Source: Phycisphaerales bacterium
GTDB lineage: Bacteria; Planctomycetota; Phycisphaerae; Phycisphaerales; SM1A02
Reading direction: 5' to 3'
Assembly (NCBI GenBank): GCA_044355685.1
Contig: JBIKXP010000001.1
Location: 1 to 49,622, forward strand
Length of the DNA: 49,622 bases
Position numbers and translations under genes: made by a program. Of the stretch, positions 17,068-24,803 are shown one piece after another. The notes beneath the pieces were generated by a model. It ran no database searches, had not been told where the DNA came from, and saw only the letters and a program-made list of their open reading frames with translations. Every line of letters begins with the position of its first letter. Positions within the stretch are counted from its first letter, which is position 1.

Positions 17068-17951
17068 GCGCGCCGTCCGGTCGCCGTTTCTCGGCCGGTC
17101 GGCCAGACGACGCGCTCGAGATCGAGCGCGAGGTGCCTCCTCCGACCTCATCGCCGCGGCCGCAATCTTCGACTGCGTCTGACTCATCCTCGTCCTCGTC
17201 CTCGTCTTCCTCCGTGTCTGGCCATGCCGCAGGCCTTCTTGCCGAACTGGCGCTCGCCTCCGCGGCAAGCGACCAGCAACTCGGCTCGCTGCTCGGACTG
17301 GTGCACGGCATCGCGCGCGAGGTGCATCGGCGCATGAGCGGGCGGATCGAACTCGACGAGCTGATCTCAGAAGGCTATCTCGCGCTGGTGCAGTGCCGCG
17401 AGCGCTACGACGCTTCGCAGGGCGCGTCGCTCGCCACCTTCGCCTACCGTCGCATCGAGGGCGCGATGCTCGACCATGCGCGCAAGAAGCGCTGGTTCGA
17501 CGAGTCGCGCTACGCCGTCGGCGGCTACCTCTCGTCGATGCGCGAGGTGCTCGACGCCTCGATCGATGACTCGGGTTGGGAGGGTGCGTCGCGCGTCGGC
17601 GCCGACGCAAGATGGGCAGTGCAGGCCGTCGGCCGCACGGCCGTGGTCTCCCTCGCGCGTCGTGCCTTCGGCGACTCCGCTCCCGAGGGCGCCGCCGAGC
17701 GGGGCGAGTTGCTGCGCCGCATGCGCGACTGCCTCGAGATGCTTCCCGAGCAGGACCGGCATGTCCTCCGCAGGCTGTGGATCGAGGGATGGTCGCTCTC
17801 CGACCTCGGAGGCGAGCTCGGCGTCAGCAAGGAGTATGCTCGGCGGCTGAACGTGCGTGCGCTTGACCGCATGCGGCGGCTGATGGGCGCTGGTGCGACG
17901 GCGAAGGAAGGCGAAGAAGACGGCGGACAGTCCGCCGAGAAGGAGCGCTAG
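17064..17951 (+). CDS. Sigma-70 family RNA polymerase sigma factor, FliA/sigma-28-like
   Basis: Region 2 (IELDELISEGYLALVQCRERYDASQGASLATFAYRRIEGAMLDHARK) parallels E. coli FliA (VELDDLLQAGGIGLLNAVERYDALQGTAFTTYAVQRIRGAMLDELR, from memory). Region 4 has an HTH (LPEQDRHVLRRLWIEGWSLSDLGGELGVSKEYARRLNVRALDRMRRLM). The N-terminal ~50 aa are low-complexity with a Ser10 run. An alternative start is GTG 17214. Confidence 0.8.
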   Translation: MSAPSGRRFSAGRPDDALEIEREVPPPTSSPRPQSSTASDSSSSSSSSSSVSGHAAGLLAELALASAASDQQLGSLLGLVHGIAREVHRRMSGRIELDELISEGYLALVQCRERYDASQGASLATFAYRRIEGAMLDHARKKRWFDESRYAVGGYLSSMREVLDASIDDSGWEGASRVGADARWAVQAVGRTAVVSLARRAFGDSAPEGAAERGELLRRMRDCLEMLPEQDRHVLRRLWIEGWSLSDLGGELGVSKEYARRLNVRALDRMRRLMGAGATAKEGEEDGGQSAEKER

Positions 17952-17952
17952 G

Positions 17953-19086
17953 GTGGCGGTACTCGAACACGCAACGGAGATCCTGGAGGCGATCCGCTCC
18001 GAGACGGCGCGCCTCGCGGGCGAGGAACTCGGAGTCATCGAGCGCACCCGCCTCACCGGAATCAAGTCGCTGAACTCGCGCGACAACGCCGTGATCGCGA
18101 CGACCGGCTCGACGGATCCGGACGTGGCGGCACGCGCCGAGACCGACTGGCGTGCGGCGACGGAGGACTGGGAGCGTGAACTGCAGGCGGTTCAGGAGGC
18201 GCTCTTCCGCTCGAAGAGTCCGTCGCTCGGCATCATGCAGCTTTGGGCGCTGACGCGGCTCTTCGGCGCATCCGGCTTCCGTGCCGGAGTCGACGTCGTC
18301 GTCGAGCTGCTGGGCGGGGTGACGGATCCGGCCGAGCCGAACGAGTTCGAGCGGTGGGAGATGCTTCCGTCGCTCGACGCCGGCGAGCCGGACGACGTTC
18401 TCCCTCGCGTCCTCGGACGCGCTGGCATCTTCGGGGCCGCGCCTTCGGTCGACTCCGCGACGTCCATCGACCGCGTCGTCCGCAGCAAGGTCGGCGACCT
18501 GCAGGGGTCCGAGCGCGGAACGAAGTCGCTCGCCGCGCTCAAGCAGGAGGTCGCCGCGATCGACGACGAGCGGATCGTGACGCTCGAGGCCCTCTATCGC
18601 GAGACATCCCAGCGCATCGAGGCGCTCCAGTCCGCGGCCTCGCGCGTGGGGATCGAAAGCAGTTCGCGCCTCCTCGAGGCGTGCCGCGTGCTCGCATGGC
18701 GGGCGGCGGAGATCATCCGTACGGAGGCGCCGGAGCTCTTCTCCGCCGCACCGGCCGAAGGCGCCGCCGGCGCCGCGCTGCCTGCACAGCAGGGGGGAGG
18801 TGTGGTGGTCGATGTCGCAAACGCCGAGAACGCCTATCTCATCGCGCGCGAGCGGAAGATGCGCGAACTCGAGTCGATCGGCTCGTGGTTCCGCCGCTTC
18901 GAGCCGCACAACCCGATCGGATACGTGACGCCCGCGCTGGTGCGTCGCGCGGGGCTCGACCTGCCTTCGCTTCTGCTCGAGCTCTGCAACGGAGCCGGCC
19001 TCACCGACGGCGACCGCACGAAGGTGTTTCAAGCGCTTTCGGTCGCCGAGCCCGCGCCGCCGGCAGAGGGCTCGTCGGGTAGCTGA
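17953..19086 (+). CDS. tssA: TssA-like protein (ImpA-related C-terminal region)
   Basis: GTG 17953 lies 2 nt after the sigma stop. The C-terminal segment (ESIGSWFRRFEPHNPIGYVTPALVRRAGLDLPSLLLELC) matches the conserved TssA/ImpA C-terminal pattern (EPxSPxxYLLxRAxRWxxMxLxELL). The position just before the sheath genes matches the impA-impB-impC order. The N-terminus is not obviously ImpA_N-like. Confidence 0.55.
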   Translation: MAVLEHATEILEAIRSETARLAGEELGVIERTRLTGIKSLNSRDNAVIATTGSTDPDVAARAETDWRAATEDWERELQAVQEALFRSKSPSLGIMQLWALTRLFGASGFRAGVDVVVELLGGVTDPAEPNEFERWEMLPSLDAGEPDDVLPRVLGRAGIFGAAPSVDSATSIDRVVRSKVGDLQGSERGTKSLAALKQEVAAIDDERIVTLEALYRETSQRIEALQSAASRVGIESSSRLLEACRVLAWRAAEIIRTEAPELFSAAPAEGAAGAALPAQQGGGVVVDVANAENAYLIARERKMRELESIGSWFRRFEPHNPIGYVTPALVRRAGLDLPSLLLELCNGAGLTDGDRTKVFQALSVAEPAPPAEGSSGS

Positions 19087-19110
19087 ACGTTCCAGGTAGC
19101 TGAACGTTCC
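19078..19110 (+). repeat. Tandem duplication (period 17 nt) of GGTAGCTGAACGTTCC spanning the tssA stop codon
   Basis: GGTAGCTGAACGTTCC occurs at 19078-19093 and again at 19095-19110, with a single A between the copies. Confidence 0.9.
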
Positions 19111-19138
19111 TCGAGATCGAGGAGATCGGAGCCGCTCG

Positions 19139-20731
19139 ATGGCATCAGGACAACATGACGCTGCCCTCGGCGCCGACGACGACATCGGCCGGGCCCTCAT
19201 CGGCCGTCCGACGAACATCCTCGTGATCGGCGACTTCGGTGGCGAGTATGTCGACAGCGCGATCGAGGATCGCGCACCGCGGAGGGCGGTCGACGTCGAT
19301 GCGCTCCTCGGAGAGATCGCGCCGAGGGTCCGGGTGCGGGTCGACGATCTCTCGAGCACGGACGACTCGCTCGTCGACACGGCGCTCACGTTCCGCAGGC
19401 TCTCGGATTTCTCCCCGGCCGCGATCGAGGCCGCCGTTCCGGCGATCACGCGTGCTCGCGGTGGTTCGCACGGCAGCGTCGCGGAGCGGAGCGGCACCGA
19501 CCTCGAGCGTGCGATCGCCGCGGCCTTGCGCGGCGCGGCGGCGCCGCCCCCGGGCGATGGCGACGGACAGGCGCGCGCGGAAGCGCAGCTTGCGCTTGTG
19601 CGCGGCGTTGCGCGCCTCGTCTCGCTCGAGCGGTCGTGGCTCGGGCTTTCACGCGTCCTAGACGCCGCGCAGACTGCGCGACACGCCTGCGAGGTCTCGA
19701 CCCTCGATCTGAGCGCACGCGAACTCTCGCGCGAACTCGCGCAGATCGACGCAGGCGGCGAATCCGCCCTCGCCACGATCCTCGATGCGCTCTCCGCCGA
19801 CGCCGAGACCCGGCCGGATCTCATCGTCGTCGACCACCCTCTCGGCTTCTCTCCCGATGGCGTCGCCGCGCTGCGTGGTCTCGCGCGGCTCTCGATGGAG
19901 TCGGCCGCTCTCGCGCTGGCGTCGCTCGACCCCGCCGCCATCGTCGCCGAGCCGACGTCGGGCCCAGCGGCGGCATCGGCTCTTGCGCGCCTCCTCGACG
20001 AGCCGACGTATGCCGGGTTCCGTGCGGTTCGCCGCGAGCCATCTGCGGCGGTTCTTGCAGTCGTCGCCTCGATGGTGGAGCGCCCTCACGAGCACGCGCC
20101 TTCCGCAAAATGGTTCCAGAGCGGTGCGAGCGCGCTGTGCGAGTCGCTCGTCGCTTCGGGCGAGACATCGCTTCGATTTGGCCGCACCGGTGTCCGGTGT
20201 CCGATTCCCGCGACGGCCGTCGCATCAGGCCCGAGCGGCCCCTCTTCGTCCGAGGTTTCCGACACGCTTGCAGCACGCGGTCTGATCGGATTCGTCCGCG
20301 ATGTCTCCGGCGCGATCCACGTGGGCCCAAGCGCCCCGGTCGTGCTCGATCCGCCGCGCATGGTCGGAGGTCCCGACGAGGCCTCTCGCGCCGCGGGTCT
20401 CGATGTTCGGACGCGGCTCGCCCTTTCCAGGCTGGTGCGTTTGGCGTCCATTGCCACACGAAAGACGGGCGCTCCCGGCCGGGATGCCGGGTCGCTGGGG
20501 GCCTTCGGTTCCCTTCTCGCCTCCACCCTCTCCCCGGAGGCCGGAACGCTTGTCGGGGAGGGAGCCGCGGTGACGGTCTGCGCAGGGTTCGACGGCGTTG
20601 ACGAGCGGTCGCTGCGCCTCGAGATCGCGCTCGCCGCGCGTGGAGGGGGCGTTGGGGCGCTCGCGCCGACGAAATCGCAGGAGCTTCCCGTGGCGTTCGA
20701 GGTTCGCTGCGGGTGCTATCCGCTGGCGTAG
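19139..20731 (+). CDS. Divergent sheath paralogue: TssB-like N-terminus fused to a TssC-like body (530 aa)
   Basis: GGAG lies 7 nt upstream of ATG 19139. The N-terminal ~100 aa parallel the locus TssB (ILVIGDFGG..LGEIAPRVRVRV..TFRRLSDFSPAAIEAAVPAI versus FVIGVLADLG..LGEISPQITIKV..TIKSMADFEPHNIAKQVPAL). The remainder parallels TssC in order (LERSWLGLSRVLD / LEGSWRGLHHMIK ; YAGFRAVRREPSAAVLAVV / YAAWNTFRESPNSNFVALTV). Confidence 0.6.
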   Translation: MASGQHDAALGADDDIGRALIGRPTNILVIGDFGGEYVDSAIEDRAPRRAVDVDALLGEIAPRVRVRVDDLSSTDDSLVDTALTFRRLSDFSPAAIEAAVPAITRARGGSHGSVAERSGTDLERAIAAALRGAAAPPPGDGDGQARAEAQLALVRGVARLVSLERSWLGLSRVLDAAQTARHACEVSTLDLSARELSRELAQIDAGGESALATILDALSADAETRPDLIVVDHPLGFSPDGVAALRGLARLSMESAALALASLDPAAIVAEPTSGPAAASALARLLDEPTYAGFRAVRREPSAAVLAVVASMVERPHEHAPSAKWFQSGASALCESLVASGETSLRFGRTGVRCPIPATAVASGPSGPSSSEVSDTLAARGLIGFVRDVSGAIHVGPSAPVVLDPPRMVGGPDEASRAAGLDVRTRLALSRLVRLASIATRKTGAPGRDAGSLGAFGSLLASTLSPEAGTLVGEGAAVTVCAGFDGVDERSLRLEIALAARGGGVGALAPTKSQELPVAFEVRCGCYPLA

Positions 20732-20777
20732 GCCGAGGGGCCGGGCGGGAGGCTTGGCTGCGCAATACCTGCGGCTA

Positions 20778-20831
20778 CGCAAGGACTTGCGGCGACGCAG
20801 GGGCTTGCGGCGACGCAGGGGCTTGCGGCGC
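20778..20831 (+). promoter_or_regulatory. Three tandem 18-bp direct repeats (CGCAGGGGCTTGCGGCGA-like) upstream of tssB; candidate regulator-binding array
   Basis: Units are 20778-20795, 20796-20813 and 20814-20831; the last two are identical except for the final base. The inverted half-site GCCGCAA lies about 15 nt downstream. The array is 170-220 nt upstream of the tssB ATG, in the only sizeable intergenic gap of the core operon. Confidence 0.4.
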
Positions 20832-21000
20832 CGCGCGCGGATTTTGCCGCAACTTTGGCTGATCGAGTGAGGAACCGCCGCGGATTTGTTGTGTATTCAA
20901 TGAATGACGCTCAGGGGACTGTTCCGCGATTTGAGCGCATTCCGTTATCATCGCGTTCCCAAAGGGGCAGATTGCCCTTGTTTCAACCGAGGAGATTGAC

Positions 21001-21489
21001 ATGACCCGAATCGGTACCGACTCGAAGCTCAAGAAGGAACGTCCGGCACGCGTGGTCTTCGATATCCCGATGCCGAATGGCGTCGAGAAGACGGAGCTTC
21101 CATTCGTGATCGGCGTGCTCGCCGACCTCGGGAGCAACCCCGGGAAGAAGCGCGACTCGCTCCGCGACCGCAACTTCACCGAGATCACCAAGGACAACTT
21201 CGACAAGGTCCTCGGCGAGATCTCGCCCCAGATCACCATCAAGGTGCCGAATGTCCTCCGCGACGAGAACTCCGGCGAGCCCGAGGAGATCAGCGCGACG
21301 ATCACCATCAAGTCGATGGCCGACTTCGAGCCGCACAACATCGCCAAGCAGGTGCCCGCGCTCGCGGCGCTGCTCGACCAGCGTGAGAAGATCGAGCAGA
21401 TCCTCGCCAACGCCGAGGTGCGCCCGCAGGATTACGACGCGTTGCAGGCGCTTTTCGGCGACGAGCGCGTGAAGAAGCTGTTCTCCTAA
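21001..21489 (+). CDS. tssB: TssB (VipA/ImpB) small sheath subunit
   Basis: The protein is 162 aa with the typical VipA pattern (RVVFDIPMPNGVEKTELPFVIGVLADLGS...NFDKVLGEISPQITIKVPN...FEPHNIAKQVPAL). GGAG lies 6 nt upstream of the ATG. Confidence 0.9.
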   Translation: MTRIGTDSKLKKERPARVVFDIPMPNGVEKTELPFVIGVLADLGSNPGKKRDSLRDRNFTEITKDNFDKVLGEISPQITIKVPNVLRDENSGEPEEISATITIKSMADFEPHNIAKQVPALAALLDQREKIEQILANAEVRPQDYDALQALFGDERVKKLFS

Positions 21490-21560
21490 CCAAAGCGCCA
21501 TCGCGAATTCCCGTGGGCCCGCGCCGCCATCTTGGTCGGCGCCTTCAAGAGGATTGACGA

Positions 21561-23084
21561 ATGTCCGACGCACAGACCCAGTCAACGAGCGCGGCAGAGC
21601 TCTCTGCCCGCGCCATCGAGTTCAAGGATCTCATCGAGGACGCCCTCAAGGGCGCCAAGCAGCTGCCGACAGGCAAGTCGGAGGTCGCGGAGATCATCGC
21701 GCGTCTCGTCGACAGCGCGATCGACCAAGGCAAGAAGCCGCTCAAGGCCGGTCTTGTCAAGCTGCTCAACGAGGCGAAGGCCGAGCTCGAGAAGCGGATC
21801 TCCCGCCAGCTCGCCGCCGTCATGCACGCTCCCGAGCTCCTCAAGCTCGAGGGTTCGTGGCGCGGCCTCCACCACATGATCAAGGAGGCGCCGGACGATC
21901 CCAAGATCCGCTTCGACGTCATGAACTGCACGCGCAAGGAGCTTTCCGACGACCTGACGAAGGCCATGAACTTCGATAAGTCGCAGCTCTGGCGCAAGAT
22001 CTTCGAGGCCCGCATCGGCAAGTACGCCGGAACGCCGATGGCCGCGATGATCTGCGACTTCGAGTTCAGCCACGCACCCGAGGACGTCGCCATGCTCGAC
22101 GCGCTCGCGTCGATCGGCAAGGGCTCGCACAGCCCGGTCATCACGGCCGCCTCGGCCGGGATGTTCAAGATGGACGACTTCCAGGAGCTCAACAAGGCCG
22201 ACCGCTTCACGCGCATCTTCGAGTCGAACAAGGCCGAGTACGCGGCGTGGAACACGTTCCGCGAGTCGCCGAACTCGAACTTCGTCGCGCTCACGGTTCC
22301 GCGCTTCCTCGGACGCCATGTCTACGGCAACCAGGGCGTGACCAAGAAGGCCGACGGGCTCGAGGGCTTCAACGAGTTCGAGTACGCGGCCGACGGCTCG
22401 CTCGAAGGCGTCGACCAGTCGCAGCTCTGCTGGTCGAACGCCGCCTATCTGGCCGGCGCGAACATCGTGAACGCGTTCTATCAGTTCGGCATCGGCGTCG
22501 CGATCCGCGGCGAGAAGAACGGCGGCCTCACCGGCTCGCTGCCCAACTTCGTCTACAAGACGAAGAAGGGCACGCAGGTCATGGTCGGCCCTGCCGAAGT
22601 CCAGAACGGCACCCGCGCCGACAACGAGCTCAGCGAGCTCGGATTCTGGAGCATGGCCCAGCTCGACCAGCAGGACAAGTGCTGCTTCTACGGCGCGCAG
22701 ACCGTGCAGAAGCCGAAGAAGTTCACCGATCCCGACCGCTCGAACGACGCCAACATCTGCGCGCGACTCCCGTACGTGCTGGCGACCGGCCGCCTCATCC
22801 ACTGCCTGACGCGGCACGCGCAGACCATGATCGGAAGCTCGAAGACCGACCGCCAGATCGAGGAAGAGCTGATGGACTGGGCCGTGTCGCAGTTCGTTTC
22901 GATCAGCGCCACGACCGAGCATGAGAAGCGCACGAAGCCGTTTGCCGAGATCAAGATCGAGGTCGCATCGGACCCCGAGGATGCCGGCAAGAAGCTCCTG
23001 AACTTCTTCCTCAGGCCGCATCTCCAGATCGAGCAACTGCACGGGTCCGTGCACCTCGTCGGAAAGCTGCCGAAGGCGAGTTAA
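21561..23084 (+). CDS. tssC: TssC (VipB/ImpC) large sheath subunit
   Basis: The protein is 507 aa. It carries the conserved VipB pattern (QLAAVMHAPELLKLEGSWRGLHHMI ... MAAMICDFEFSHAPEDVAMLDALASIGKGSHSPVITAAS ... TVPRFLGR) and follows tssB. Confidence 0.9.
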   Translation: MSDAQTQSTSAAELSARAIEFKDLIEDALKGAKQLPTGKSEVAEIIARLVDSAIDQGKKPLKAGLVKLLNEAKAELEKRISRQLAAVMHAPELLKLEGSWRGLHHMIKEAPDDPKIRFDVMNCTRKELSDDLTKAMNFDKSQLWRKIFEARIGKYAGTPMAAMICDFEFSHAPEDVAMLDALASIGKGSHSPVITAASAGMFKMDDFQELNKADRFTRIFESNKAEYAAWNTFRESPNSNFVALTVPRFLGRHVYGNQGVTKKADGLEGFNEFEYAADGSLEGVDQSQLCWSNAAYLAGANIVNAFYQFGIGVAIRGEKNGGLTGSLPNFVYKTKKGTQVMVGPAEVQNGTRADNELSELGFWSMAQLDQQDKCCFYGAQTVQKPKKFTDPDRSNDANICARLPYVLATGRLIHCLTRHAQTMIGSSKTDRQIEEELMDWAVSQFVSISATTEHEKRTKPFAEIKIEVASDPEDAGKKLLNFFLRPHLQIEQLHGSVHLVGKLPKAS

Positions 23085-23213
23085 CGACGCGCGTCGGCGA
23101 AGGAGGCTCCGCGCCGGCCCTCCCGCGATGTCGTCCAGCACGGACCTTCGTCGTGGAGCGCAGGGCGCGGGCCTCCCCGCCCGCGGGTCTGCGCCGCCCA
23201 TGGCGTCGCTCGC

Positions 23214-24803
23214 ATGGCCGCGCATCGAGAGGCGAGAGACTTGACGCGGATCGAACGCCCGATTTCCACCGCCGCCGCGCCCGATGGGCGTCCGGAGGCG
23301 GTGCGCCGTTCGTCGTCGGGCGACGGAGTCCGGCGCTTGTCGCGGCGCGGGCTGCAGTTGCTGCGCCACATGCTGATCGAGCTCGACGAGCGGCTGAACC
23401 TCCAGCTGGCGGCCATCGTCGCCGACGCCGAGTTGCAGAGGCTCGAGCGCACCTGGCGCGAGACGCATCTGCTCGTGTCCGACGTCGCCAAGTCGCTCGA
23501 GCACGGGCGACGCAGCGGAAACGTGCGGGCCCGCGTCGTCGTTCGCGTGCTCGACCTGAGCGCGGAGGAGTTGCTTCGCGACATCCAGGGCGCGATGAGC
23601 CGGCGCAAGACCGAGATGTTCCGGCATCTCTACGGGAAGGGAATCGATTTCCCCGCCGGCCAACCGGTCGGGCTCATCGTGGTCGGCTTCGAGTTCGCCG
23701 GCGAGGAACTGCGCCGCGCCGGTCTCGACGACGTTGCCGTGCGCGAGTTCGCCGAGTACTTCGCCTGGCTTGGCAACGAGTGTCTCGCGCCGGTCGTCAT
23801 GGGAATGTCGCCGACCTTTCTGTCGTTCGATTCGTTCGACGAGATCGCGCACGTCATGCCCGATCGGCTCTGCCACCAGAGGCTCGCCCGAACGACGTGG
23901 CTCGACCGGCTCCGCCGATCCGACGAGTCGCGCTTCCTTGTCTTTACCATGCCGCGCATCCTTCTTCGCGGCCCGCATCGTCCGACGCAGGATGTCCGTT
24001 GCGGCTTCGGATTCCGGCATGCGCTCTGGCGTGGCACTGCCGATCGTGGAGTTGCGGCCGCGGCTTCTCGGGGCGAGAGCGTGGATGATCGGCATCTCTT
24101 CGGAAGCGGCGCGTTCGCGCTCGCCTCGGTGATCGCGCGGAGCTTTGCCTTCTCCAGCTGGTTCACCTACGTTCGCGGCGTCGAATGCGGCGACGATTGG
24201 GCGCCCGATGGCGGCGGCGTGTTCATCCCGCCGGCGAGCGAGGAGTTCGGCACCGACACGCCGACCACGGCGGTCAAGCCCAGCGTCGACGCCGTGTTCT
24301 CCGAGGACACGGAGGAACGGCTCGGCACGCTCGGCCTCGCCGTCATCTCCGGCTCCCCGACGCGCGGATGGACGGCGTTCCATTCGATCCCGAGTTTCCG
24401 CGACATCGCCGCGATCGCCAGCGGCAGGGATGTGGTGTCGGAACGCCTCGGCGCCATGGTGCAGTATCTGCTGTGCGCGTGCCGGGTCGCGCATCTCGTG
24501 CACCGCTACTCGCAGACGCTGATCGGATCGACGCTCACGGCACGCCAGATCGAGCAGCACCTGCAGTCGTGGCTTTCCGAGTACCAGGTCGACAACCCCG
24601 ACACGGGTTCGTCGCTCCTCCTCAAGCGCCCGCTGCGGGGGGTGCGCGCCAACGTGCGAAGCGATCCCGAGAATCTCGGTCGGCTTCTCGTCGACATCTG
24701 GCTGCAGCCGCACAGCCAGTTCAGCGGCGCGACGGCGAACCTGCATCTTGTCGCGTCGGTCAACGACTCGAGTCGCCGTGGCGGCACTGGAGGCAGGACA
24801 TGA
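23214..24803 (+). CDS. tssC2: Second, divergent TssC paralogue (ImpD / TssC40-like)
   Basis: The protein is 529 aa and collinear with TssC (LQLAAIVADAELQRLERTWRETHLLV ; VGLIVVGFEFAGEEL ; FTMPRILLRGP ; LLCACRVAHLVHRYSQTLIGS). The position matches impD in Rhizobium/Agrobacterium imp operons. The start is uncertain: there is a 130-nt gap after tssC and the N-terminus is Arg-rich. Confidence 0.7.
   Translation: MAAHREARDLTRIERPISTAAAPDGRPEAVRRSSSGDGVRRLSRRGLQLLRHMLIELDERLNLQLAAIVADAELQRLERTWRETHLLVSDVAKSLEHGRRSGNVRARVVVRVLDLSAEELLRDIQGAMSRRKTEMFRHLYGKGIDFPAGQPVGLIVVGFEFAGEELRRAGLDDVAVREFAEYFAWLGNECLAPVVMGMSPTFLSFDSFDEIAHVMPDRLCHQRLARTTWLDRLRRSDESRFLVFTMPRILLRGPHRPTQDVRCGFGFRHALWRGTADRGVAAAASRGESVDDRHLFGSGAFALASVIARSFAFSSWFTYVRGVECGDDWAPDGGGVFIPPASEEFGTDTPTTAVKPSVDAVFSEDTEERLGTLGLAVISGSPTRGWTAFHSIPSFRDIAAIASGRDVVSERLGAMVQYLLCACRVAHLVHRYSQTLIGSTLTARQIEQHLQSWLSEYQVDNPDTGSSLLLKRPLRGVRANVRSDPENLGRLLVDIWLQPHSQFSGATANLHLVASVNDSSRRGGTGGRT

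Noticed and set aside
20961..20980. Possible sigma-54 -24/-12 promoter (GGGGCAGATTGCCCTTG) just upstream of tssB
   Set aside because: The GG-to-GC spacing does not fit the TGGCAC-N5-TTGC consensus. The element also sits only about 25 nt from the start codon, overlapping the RBS region.
21582..24746. 1054-aa minus-strand ORF antisense to tssC/tssC2, and likewise 29143..31863 antisense to clpV
   Set aside because: The plus-strand genes are unambiguous (VipB motifs, Walker A/B motifs of ClpV). The antisense frames are Arg-rich with no recognisable motifs.
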